Below are positions 1-10,800 of a DNA stretch of 64,000 nt, piece after piece. Source of the DNA: Babesia bigemina (lineage: Eukaryota). Every line of letters starts with the position of its first letter. The stretch's first letter is position 1. The translations under genes were made by a program, and so were the position numbers. The notes beneath the pieces are model-generated. The model saw only the letters and a program-made list of their open reading frames with translations. It was not told the origin of the DNA and made no database searches. Where the stretch lies: NCBI RefSeq assembly GCF_000981445.1, contig NC_027217.1:62001-126000 (forward strand). The letters run 5' to 3'.

Positions 1-3000
1 CTGTTCTGCTCATCGTGCAGCCTGGTGAGCTCCCCTTTTACATACTTCTCCATTTGCTCGAAGACCTCCTGGAATGCGGATGACAATTCTGCGACGCTCT
101 GTTCGTCACCTGTTAGATCGGAGCTCAGCGGTCCTTGCAAGTACTTCATGAACCCTTTATAGCCCATGTACCTATCTCTGTCTATCTCATTTGGCAGCTG
201 CTCCAAATCCTCATCCACCTTCTTGGCAAACAATTCCAACGCCTCCCTCACCGAGTCCACGTACAGCGTGCGGGCCACCTTGGTGAGGTCCTTGATGGCA
301 TCTTCCACCTCATCGTCGACGTGCGTTAAAAGGGCTGCGATGGTGTTCTTCTCTATCTCGTCGGCATCTCTGAGGAAGTTGTCGCATAACTTGATGGCCT
401 CGGCAAGGTCGGTGAGTCGGAGGTTGGTGAGACCATCTTGTATGTCTTTGAGTTTGCCGTCGATATGTGGATCCTCCAGCTGACCCAGGTTCCAGCCGGC
501 ATGGGCACCAGCTTTTTGGATGGCTAAGCTCATCTTATCCAAACTGTCAGTGATCCCTTTGCCCTGGTCGTTCTTGAGGGACTCCATTTCACGCTTAATC
601 TTCTTAAGGCCTTCATCGTCGTTATTGCCGATCTGCTTTGTCATGAATTCCAAGTTCTTGATCACGCCTCTGTTTTCGGGATCGTCGCTGTCCGTGCCCT
701 GCAACTCGGTTCGGAGACTCTGAAGTTCGTCAGTTATCTCCTTCATACCTGAGCTTATTATTTCGGGTTGGTCGGTCAATACACGTTGTTGCCTTTCAAG
801 GTTACTCTCAATATGATCAAAACTCTTGGCATTATGGCCATTCCATTTGTCACCGCCACCTAACCCCTGTTGTATCACATCTCTCAACGGATTGGTAACA
901 TGACCATCCAACTCACTTTGTAGCTTTCTAAGTCCGTTCGCAATTTCTCGTTCTGCTTGTCCAATTTTTTCGGGATTGCTTTTAAACGCATCTCCTTGCA
1001 TCCTACTAATCTCTCTTTGGATGCCTTGAAGACCCTCGCCATTACCATTTTCTTTCCCAATTTTCTCCTTCAGCTGACGTAAATATGACGTGATGGTATC
1101 ATAAGGCACTAATTCAGGACCTAAATTGTTTTGAACCTTTCTAAGCATATCTTCCGTCTCGCGGAGGACCCTATCTGTTGCTTGCTCAATTCTGTCACTT
1201 GCCTGTGACAACTTCGCATTCTGCCCTTGAATGTCTTGTTTAATTTGACCGAGACCAGGTTTACCATTCTGCCAATTGCTACCGTTTAAACCAAAGCTTA
1301 AGAAATCTTCTAAACTGTTTATCACGTCATCTTTTGGATTTCCGTTTCTGCTCTGCAACGCGGTTCTCAGCTCATCAAGCTGCTTGGTAATCAGGTTGAC
1401 GCCTGAATTTATTTGCTCGGGTTGTTTGGTCAACGATTCCTGTTGGGATTTAAGTTCCTCTTCGATTTGCTTAAGACCTTTTGTGTTTTTGTGTTTATTC
1501 CATTTGTTTTCACTTAAGCCAACGTCTCTCAAATCTCTCAACGTCACGATAACATCATTGTCCCTCTCACCTTCCAACACGCCCCGAAGCCTTTTAAGTT
1601 CTGATTCAATTGCTGTCTTAGCCTTGTCAACTGCGTCGGGTTTCTCAGTAAACGTTTCGCTTTGTAGCCGACGAATCTCATTTTGAATTTTAAGAAGATT
1701 TCCGTGTTTTGCGTCACGTATACCAATCTTTCTTCTTAACCAATCTAGTTGGTCGATGACATCGTCGGTTTCGTTTTTGTGATTCAACCTGATTCCGACC
1801 TGAAACAGTTCATACCTAATATCATCGATGGCTGCGTCAATGAGTTTCGTTTGCTTCGGCAATTCTTCATTCTGCTCTTGAAGGTGCTTTTGAATGCTAC
1901 CGAGACCACCAATATTTTGACCCTTAACTGTCGTCCAAAAAGCTTCACCATAGCCAAGACCAACAGACTTAATGTCAGTCAAAGTGTAGATGATATCTTT
2001 TCCTCTCTCATTCAGCAACTTCTTTCTAAGCTCTTCAACATGCGCCTTAATATCTTTGACGGCTTTTTCAATCTCCCTCGATTTAGGACCGAACTTGTTA
2101 CTTTGCACGTTTCCAGTTGCCTTTGTGATTGCACCAAGGCCCTTTTCTGCGTCACCAAGTCGCTTATTATCAAGCCCATCTTTAAGCCGTTTCAAGAACT
2201 CTTTCAGGCTGTGCCTGTTCGGGCCTAATCCTCCAAAGGAACTTTGCCTTGTGTCACTAACCAACTCCGCAATCTGGTTAAGCTCTTTCTCAATGTTGCC
2301 GAACGCACCGGTGAATGTCTCAGATGTGATTGCTGAACCGACGCCACCTCTCTTACCAATAAGCTCATTAATCTCCATCAGCCCCTCATCTCAAACCTTC
2401 TCTATCGCAAGCGACAGTCGTCCATACACGTAATCCGTTAGATGGCCAATGCGTACATGATCATCATATCTTTTAAAATCTCTCGACAGTTTGATTTGGT
2501 CTCTCTTACCATCACGCGTGTCATCCCTCCCAATGTGGTCATTGAGTAATTTTTCAAGTTGTGGTTTGAGGTTCGTAGTGATCTTTGTGTGGGCTTTGTG
2601 AAAAGTCGGCATTTTTTTCGACAGGTCAATTTGGCTTTTATCACTCTTCAAACTAATTTCATTAGCCGCCTGCTCAATCGCTTTCTTAGCCGCCTCCTTG
2701 ACTTGCTGCCTAGCTTTGGTGTCGTACTCGGTAACGGCAGCGTCAAGGCCTTGGACCGCCTCTTCAACCGGCTTTTTGACTTTCTGCTCGAATTTCTGTT
2801 GCATCGTGTTGTCAACCATCGTCTTCACATCGCCTATCGCCTTGTCAATTGCTTGGGCTGTGCCATCAGCGGGGGTACCAGTGGTGCCGGACTCCTCAGT
2901 TGCCTTTTTAACCTTACCGTCAAGCCCATCAACAGTCTGCTTTATTGCGTCTATCTTTTCGCCAAACATGCTTATGCCTAAGAACTGTACTTCCGCGGCC

Positions 3001-6000
3001 ACCTGCCTGACGCAACTACAGAGTGCAATCAGGGCAGCCTTGACGGCGGCGGTGAGATTTCCGTTAAAATTTTCACGCGACCGCGTGCGTACTGACAAAC
3101 GCTGAACCTCTTTAACTATAGGAGCGGAGAAGCCGTCAATTTTAAGATTTGTCAGTTCGGCATCAAGCGCATCGGCAAATGCTTCGCAAGCCTTTTGAAC
3201 CCTAGTCAAATTTTGTACAATATTATCTGTTACAACCTGTTCATTAATCATCTCCTGACCCGCATCAATTTGGCTCATAAGCTTGCCCTTCATTGCATTC
3301 TTAACACGACCTTTCAAATTGGTATCATCCTCTTTAAATTGGAGATTGTACAGATTAATCCAAGACGTCACAGCTTGCATCGCTTTATCGTTATTCTTGT
3401 TGATCCCCAAAATTCTCTCAAGCCACCCCTCAACTCTGGCCTCAACCCCTTTGCCATTACGTTTGTCATTTATAAAATCCCCAGCGAGTTTTTTCACTTT
3501 AGAGACAATACCATCAAGACCTGTAGCACCTTCATAATTAGCACCGCTCCCTGCACTCCCCTTTACATCCGCAACCTTTCCTTTAATATGCTCAAAAATG
3601 TTTTGAAGTTTCCTTTTATCATCCTCTGATGCGCCAGTTACACCCATATTTTTGCCAAGGTCCTCAATAGCCTTGGTAACTTTCTCAACCTCTTGTTTAA
3701 GCGGCTTCTTGATACTCTCTTCAAATTTCTTAACCATCTCCTCTTCCGTCTGCTTTTTGATTTCCTTAGTCTTCTCAGTAAGCTGAGTTTTCGCCTCCCC
3801 AACCGCTTTCAACTGATCTTTCACCAGACTGTCGCCATTCTCAACTCTATCCTTAAGCCCCTCAATCCTCCTCCTCAACGCTTTCAAATCCTCTTTCACT
3901 TTCTCATCCAAATCATTAACCTTCAAAGCTCCAATCACATCTTTTATCCCTTTCATAATATCATCTTTGATTTTCTTCAAATCTGTCTTGAGATCTGCGT
4001 CCATGTCCTTTACAGCCTCCAACGCATCCTTGACTCTCTGCTCAACTTTCTGCTTAGCGTCCTTGGCAGCGTTTAGAAGCTTTTTGCCGTGATCTTGTAA
4101 CTTCGAAGCTTCCGTGAGAATCACTGGGCCTTTCTTTCCTCCATCATTGTTCTCATGATTTTTATTAACCCGCTTGAGTATCTCATCACACTTCTCGTCG
4201 GCCTTGTCAATGACATCCCTGGCTGCAGTCTGCCACTTACCCAGATTGGCAACATGCTCTTCGAGCGTTTTATTTGCATCCTGAATTGACTCATTTGCCT
4301 GTTCAATGACCTCGATTTGTTTCTTTAACTGCGTCCCTTTAGCACGTATATCCAACGCATCATGAACATACTGCGCATTATCAATCGCGCCTTGAAGCAC
4401 TTCCTTAGCCTTCTCATTCCACAGATTCAGACTATCAAGATGGGAATTAACACTCTTATTTACTCCTTCAATTTTTTTCCTTGGCTTCCACAATCTTCTT
4501 CACATTCTCACTCAGAGCCTCATGAACTTGCAACTTATCATACGCTTCTTTGGCCTTGCTCTCAGCCTTGTGGCGTATATCTTCGGCAGTCTCAATCCAC
4601 TTGTGCAAAGCCTCAACTTGTGTTTTAAGCTGTTCATTTGCTTTTTGAATATCCTGTCTAGCAGTATCCATTTTATCAATTTCACTGCCCAGCGTCGATT
4701 TACCTTTTGCAGGATCCAACGCTTTATGCAACTCTGCAGCCCTACTAACCGCTATATCAAGCACAATTTCCGCCGCCTCTCTCCACTTCTTCAGGTCGTC
4801 GTTAGCCTTTTGTAACTCCGCATCCACTTGAGCAACTGCGTCCTTAGCTGCATTAATCTGCTTGATGCCTTGGCCAATCGGCTGCTGTCCATCTTTGTCA
4901 TCCAACTTCTTGTGCACTTCCTCAGCCCTTTTAACCGCCTCCCGAATCACTTTCCCAGCCTCCTTATTCCAATCCTCCAGATTTTTGTCAACACTATTCA
5001 GCTCCTTATTAACATTTTTAATCGTCTTGTTTGCTTCCTTAATTTCCCCGATTTTCTCACTCAGTTCCTTGTGAACTTCCAAGCTCTTGTAAACCTCCTC
5101 AGCTTTGTCCTGTGCTTTTTTGCGGATATCATCCGCATCGGTGATCCACGTATTCAACTTCTCAACTTGACTTTTGAGTTGTTCATTTTGCGGATGAAAT
5201 AGCCTTTTCAGCGGTCTCAATATTCTCAAGGTTCTTGCCAATTGGATGGGCATCACCATGTTGTGACGGATCCAATTGCTTACTCACCTCTCCAGCCTTC
5301 CCAGCAGCGCTGGTGAGCACACCGTGCGCGGCATCTTTCCGATCTTCCAAATCACTGTGAACAGTTTTAAGCTCGCTACTCACGCTCTCAACTTTGCTTC
5401 TTGCAGCTTCAATCTTCTTAAGTCCTCCACCAATCGTCGTACTGTTATCCCTATCCAACCTCCCATAGACATTTTCCGCCTTCTCCTTAACCACACTGAC
5501 GGCTGTCTCTGCCTCAGTGATCCACTTATTCAACTCCTCAACTTTCTTGCCAAGCTCACTATCAATGTCCGCGGCGGCCTGATCAATCGCCTTTCTATGC
5601 TCTCCATCAAGTTGCTCCATGATGTTACCAACATACTTTTTCACATCTTGAATATACTTTTTTGCCTTACCCATCCACTGTCCGAGTTCCTTGACATATT
5701 CCTCCAGACTGGCAGTGACACCTTCCAACTTCATTTTAATCTCACTGGCACGGTCCTTCGACAACACGACAACGGCATGCACTTCTTGTCGAATTCTGTA
5801 TCTAACTGCCTTTGCGAGCTTTTTAAGCCTGGTCTTGATTTTCTGTACCATCTTGTCCAACCGCTTTTTCTGCCCCTTCTTGGACCACCTGCTCAGCCAG
5901 TCGACGTGGTTGAAAAAGCTCCTCCTGGCGTCCTCGAGCTTCCTTTTCAGCTTGGGGTTCAGGTCATTAATGGCATTTGTTGCCGCCGTCAAGCTCTTAG

Positions 6001-6676
6001 AGAAGACCCGGGCAACCTCTTTGCAGTCCTCCACCAGTGAGGCAGCGGACTCGACAGTTCTCTCATCTTGAGTGGACGTAGATGTCTCCGTTATCTGCAA
6101 AGCTTGTATACCTTTACGCAACTGACCATCCGGTGCCACGTAATCCAACACAGTTTCAATCGGCTCCTTGACTTTCTCGTTAGAAGCCTCGACAGCGGCG
6201 TTGTACCTCTGGAGGCCAGTGACCACCTTGGGGATGGCTTGACGAAACCCCTTGTGACCACGCCATAGTTGGGATTTTAACTCCACAATCACATCATGTA
6301 ATACATCTCTACCAGCGACGTACGGCTGGTTACCATGTACATCACTGAACACGGCATACAGGAATGCCAAGATGGCATCGCACAGGCGGGAGGCGTTGCC
6401 GTACACAATCCCAGAACCGTCGTAGGTACCAGGAAATTGATCACCTAATAGGCTGCCAGCGGAGGCACAGAGATTATGTATAATGTTTTTATGAGGATTC
6501 TCAGAGTCTTTCGGAGCAGAGCCTTGAAGCGTTGACAATCGTGAAATGACATCGCATAAGTACGGCTCTTCTGATGCGGTTCGAGACGACAGACATCCTT
6601 CAGTGTTATGAACAACATTGTAAAACGGCTTGCAGAGATCGTCGGACAGTGTCGAAGTCTTGGCACAGTGCCGCAC
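1..6676 (-). pseudogene. Disrupted 'extracellular matrix-binding ebh-like' / VESA-related large coiled-coil surface-antigen gene (3' end outside window)
   Basis: ORFs 5183-6676, 4468-5259 and 2391-4493 join into one protein if one A is removed from the A4 run (5186-5189) and one from the A7 run (4472-4478). In-frame TGA at 2391-2393 is followed by continued coding (DEGLMEINEL...) that reads open in the same frame at the window edge (..EQMEKYVKGELTRLHDEQN). The N-terminal motifs 'YDGSGIVY...RLCDAILAFLYAVFSDV..NQPY' and 'GHKGFRQAIPKVVTGLQRYN' are typical of the Babesia ebh/VESA-related family. The ORF starts just after an acceptor-like 'tatacttcag', so upstream exon(s) near 6820-6990 are likely. 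Confidence 0.8.
4200..5700 (-). repeat. Degenerate ~60-aa helical repeat array (L-x-x-W-x-x-x-A) with ~183-aa higher-order period
   Basis: LGQWMGKA, LNKWITEA, LEDRKDAA, LNTWITDA, LEDWNKEA, LKKWREAA, LHKWIETA, LNLWNEKA and LGKWQTAA recur at roughly 60-aa spacing. NEQLKSQVEKLNTWITDADDIRKKA and NEQLKTQVEALHKWIETAEDIRHKA lie ~550 nt apart. Confidence 0.8.
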
Positions 6677-7833
6677 CTGAAGTATACAGCCAGTCGCTGC
6701 TCAAAGGTACACTAGTCAAAAGGTATATCACTGCGACTTCATGGCATCTACCATTCAACGCTGACGCAGTCTATCAATAACACATCAGTCCAACTAACAA
6801 ACAACACACCGCCTAACCTACCTCCTAACGCAATGTCTAATGTAGTCAACCCATTAAGACGCTTGTCGTTTGGGATGTTGAGTTGTAAAACACTTTTTAT
6901 ATGTGACGGTGCTCCCCAATGACTACAGTAGTATGCGAAGCTTAGTTGTGTATCATATAGGCTAGCGGTTAATAGGTATCATCATCTGAGGTTTTTGTTC
7001 ATCAGTCTCATATATGTATGGTATGGTGTGGCATTGATTTGATTCGTAGATAGGTGATGAACGCCAAAGTCAACTATTCCGGCGTGACAACCGCTAGGCG
7101 GCGTGGTAACGTGGCGTCAGTGGGCTAGACAGTAACGATCACCAACATGGCTACCCCACTTTGCCCCCACAGTGGTCTGTCTAGGCGGCCGGGAAGGCAA
7201 CAACAGCTTGGTTAGTAGTAGTAGCGTTGTCTATACCGGGTAGAGTAGATACAAGACGATGACCATGTCTGTTGATACGCATGTTACGGCAAAAAATAAA
7301 ATTCACATGCATTTATCTCACTGGTATATCCGTGGTGCAAGACGCGCAGCTGTCGTGTTGCGGGCGGTCGGTTGGATGCCTTTTTTTTAAATGGCTGCAT
7401 ACGCTGAGGGGTGAAGGTTTGGCAACGCCGCAATGCGGGGTCGGGGGAGCTGCCGTGCCGTTAACCCCCTGTTGCAGCCCACCTAATCATAAGCAACTGG
7501 AGCTTCGTGTCTGCAGGATACCTGGACATATCACCGTAATCCCACTTCAGGTATGTGAGATGGTAATATCGTTGCAGTCTTTCATGTTGTCTACGAAGGC
7601 GGAGTGGACAAATGATTGGCTGCGGTTCCACGCTTGTCGAGATTAGTTTTCCTACCATGAGATACTTGTCAGTCAACTTTTTGCTTTGTAGCCTATTCAC
7701 CTAATGCAATTAGTGGCTTGGCTAAGTGTTCTGTGAGGGGCGCTAATTTAGAGCTTTGATAGCTTTAGCATTTCCTGGTTGACACCATAGGAACGCTTGT
7801 CGTAGCGTTTGTTAAGTTGAGCTTCATGAGTGA

Positions 7834-10800
7834 ATGGGTGTGGAAAGAATGGAGAACATTCGGCTTCGCACTCTTAAGGACTGTCTCCAGTTCTTTGAGT
7901 GGCTGAAAAGGGACGAGGGTATGAAAAGCAGCGTGGCCAGTGAATTGGCTAGTCGTTATGGGAATTATTATAATCATGTTTCTTTGACTGGAACACTGCC
8001 TGTCCCTTTTTCCGAATTCCTCACAAACGTATCGAAGTTCTATCATAAATTAGCCAAGAGTCCAACAGCCGGAAAGTATACAGGCAAGAGCTCACAAGAG
8101 ATTACTAGTGCTCTTTTTGAGTGTATGCCCAAGTTCCTTGCCGCGCTGTATTACTTGTTGTATAATGTGGATTATAAGTATGCTGCAGTGGGAGGTTCGT
8201 ACTGGGAGGATTTGTATCCTGGGTGGGATGCGGAACGGCGGGGATGGTGGGGCAATTACCCTGAGTCTGGTGGTGCCCTGCAGCAATATCTCAGATTGTC
8301 TATATCTTTTCAGCTTGAACTAATACCTGGAGGCTTCAGTTACGGAGAGTTGACATATGGTTACGATTTTAGTGCTAAATTTGCCTATCCCCGGGGTAAG
8401 AATATGGTTGGTGACCTTGAAAGGATTCTGAACAAAACAACACACAATTATTTTCGTGACGTATTTGCCACATCAGTTCTGGTAGATGCCGGTGCCAACA
8501 AGGTGAACACTGCGAACTCTCTGGCATTGGTGAACTTATTTTGCGAGATTGTGGCTGCAGCAGAGAAGAGGAATCAGGGCGGTGAAGAGTTAAAACAAAC
8601 TTTGAATGATCATTTTAAGCCAAAATGTATAAATTGGACCGAATTATCATCCCATTGTTCGATGATTAAAATGGAGTGTAAAAAAATTTTCAGGAATGAT
8701 GGCTTTTCCTACACCGGCCAGTCACCGGTGCTCGAAGCCCTAAACACTAGGGAATTCGGCAAAAGGACTGCCAAATGGTTGGCAGAAAATTTGGAAAATG
8801 TACGACAGAATGTGATTAAAATTAACAAAAGTTTCCCAGTCGACGACACAACCAAGAAGCCCAAGCTCGCGGAATTTGTCACCAATCATGTTTTCCCCTA
8901 CGGTTTCATATTCGGTGACACAAGCTATGGAACCCTGGGCAAAGCATATAAGACTTTGACACATCATTGGCGTACCGTTTTAGAAATGCTCGGTAAAGAT
9001 GATGACGGTTTGGATAAGTTGCGAAAACTTTTGGAAGGTGAGGGGTGTGAGGCTGCAAAAACATCAAGGCCTGTAGCAGCCGCGAAGCCTGCGCCTGCGA
9101 AACCTGCGCCGGAGCCACAGCCTTCAGACGGTCAAGATGCTGGTAGGCAGCAAAATAACGTGTTACACGTTATCCTGAGTGGTAATGGAGGAGGGGGAGG
9201 AAGCAGCGGTGGTACAGGAGCTGGAGTGAATCTTCAACGGACAAATAATCATGCTCAATCAACGCAACAGACTGGGCCAACTGGAGTCAGAGGCCCGATA
9301 GGGCCTCCTCGTCCTGAAGTTACCTCTATTCCTAACCCTGAGGCGGTAAATTTGGCTGTCACTAGAGCTAAGAGTGCTGTAAATGGCGGTGGTCATGATC
9401 AGGGCAAGAAATCTGAGGGAGCACAGAACCAGGGCAAGAAAGCGGAGGGAGGGCAAGGTCAAGCGGGTGGTCAAATTGAAACAAACTCTCCTAGTTCACA
9501 AGTCGCACAGGCGGCACAAACTCAGACTTCAAGTGATTCACGTGCAGGCTCTGAGCCACCTGGTTCCCCTGGTCCCAGTGGTGATCAGGGCCGGGGTGCC
9601 CAGGCAGCTACTTCTGGCGCTGCTCAACAAAATGTTCACGAGGCTCAGCCGGTTTCAGGTGACAGTAGTATGGCGTCCGCTGGTTTAAGTGCCGGTGGAG
9701 CGGGAGGGGGTGGAATGGAACCTACGATTCCTCAAACACAACCCCCCTCTGAACGTAATCCGTGTTCTAAAGATAGGTCTCGCATGATGTTTGGTGGCAG
9801 AACGATATGTGTTCCTAAATCTGAGACAACGACTTCCACTTTCCATCCGTTTCATAAAGCCATTAGTAAAGCTTGGGATGCATCCAAGGCGCACTACTTT
9901 CCACCCAGCTCACCTACCTATTCTAATGCACAAGATATTCAGGGACTTCGGACGCAAGATATTAATACTCCTCTTGTTCATACACATCAACCTATCGCCA
10001 ATCTACCTAGTGGTCGGCAGATAACCCCTCAGGGAGCTCGGTGGAGTGGAAAGGGGAATAACCCTGCAACACATCCGGATTATGACATCTCTAGAGGATC
10101 CTATTCCTTTTATAGTCCTGACGGTTATGCCATTTCAGATTTGTCAGATGCGACACTGGGCGGTGTTACAATGCCAGATACGTCGTTTGAAGAAGAAGAA
10201 AAGGATAGACAAAAAAGACTTCAAGCTCATGATGAAAGACAACTTTTCAAAGAAAAAGCCAATCGCCAAGCGTATGTAAACATGCAGGCCAATGACCTAA
10301 TCAAATCGATTGAGGAGGTAAAAAAATCGAAAGATAAATTGATGCAGGAGACGATAAACCAACTACTACTAGCAGAACAACAAAAATTAATAACTACAGG
10401 TTTCGACGGCCAGCCGGTTGTTGATGTTGGCTACGTGGATGGTGAAGAGATTAAGGATGATTCACCACATAAACATGAACATGAGAGCAAGTTGCAATTC
10501 GAGGCCTACGACCAAGCTACGAATATACAGCGGGATAGGCAGAAGCAGTGGGAACAATATTATCAAGAACAAAATGAAAAAATTAATAACTCAGAGGAAA
10601 AGCATCAACAAGAGGTAAAAAGAACTCTCGATGCCATAAAGTACTTCAAAGAAGTGGAATACCGAAGACAACGAGAGGCGGCCGAAGCCGTAACTGGTGT
10701 ACCACTTTTTTCCAAGACTGCCTCTAATCTCCTGGAATCGCCTAATTATTCGACGATATCGACATTACCAATGGTCACTGGAGCACGCATTCCGAAATCC

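Noticed and set aside
2391..2393. TGA as selenocysteine or programmed readthrough
   Set aside because: Lies in a coiled-coil context where Arg (AGA/CGA) is the likely ancestor, the gene has other lesions, and no SECIS can be assessed in the window.
135..6268. Many plus-strand ORFs (e.g. 166-483, 1990-2433, 5276-6040)
   Set aside because: Antisense shadows of the K/E-rich minus-strand gene; the S/L/F-rich translations sit in a constant frame relation to it.
7180..7210. SRP-RNA-like 'gccgggaaggcaacaacagc'
   Set aside because: Only superficially like helix 8; no Alu domain or long stem supportable.
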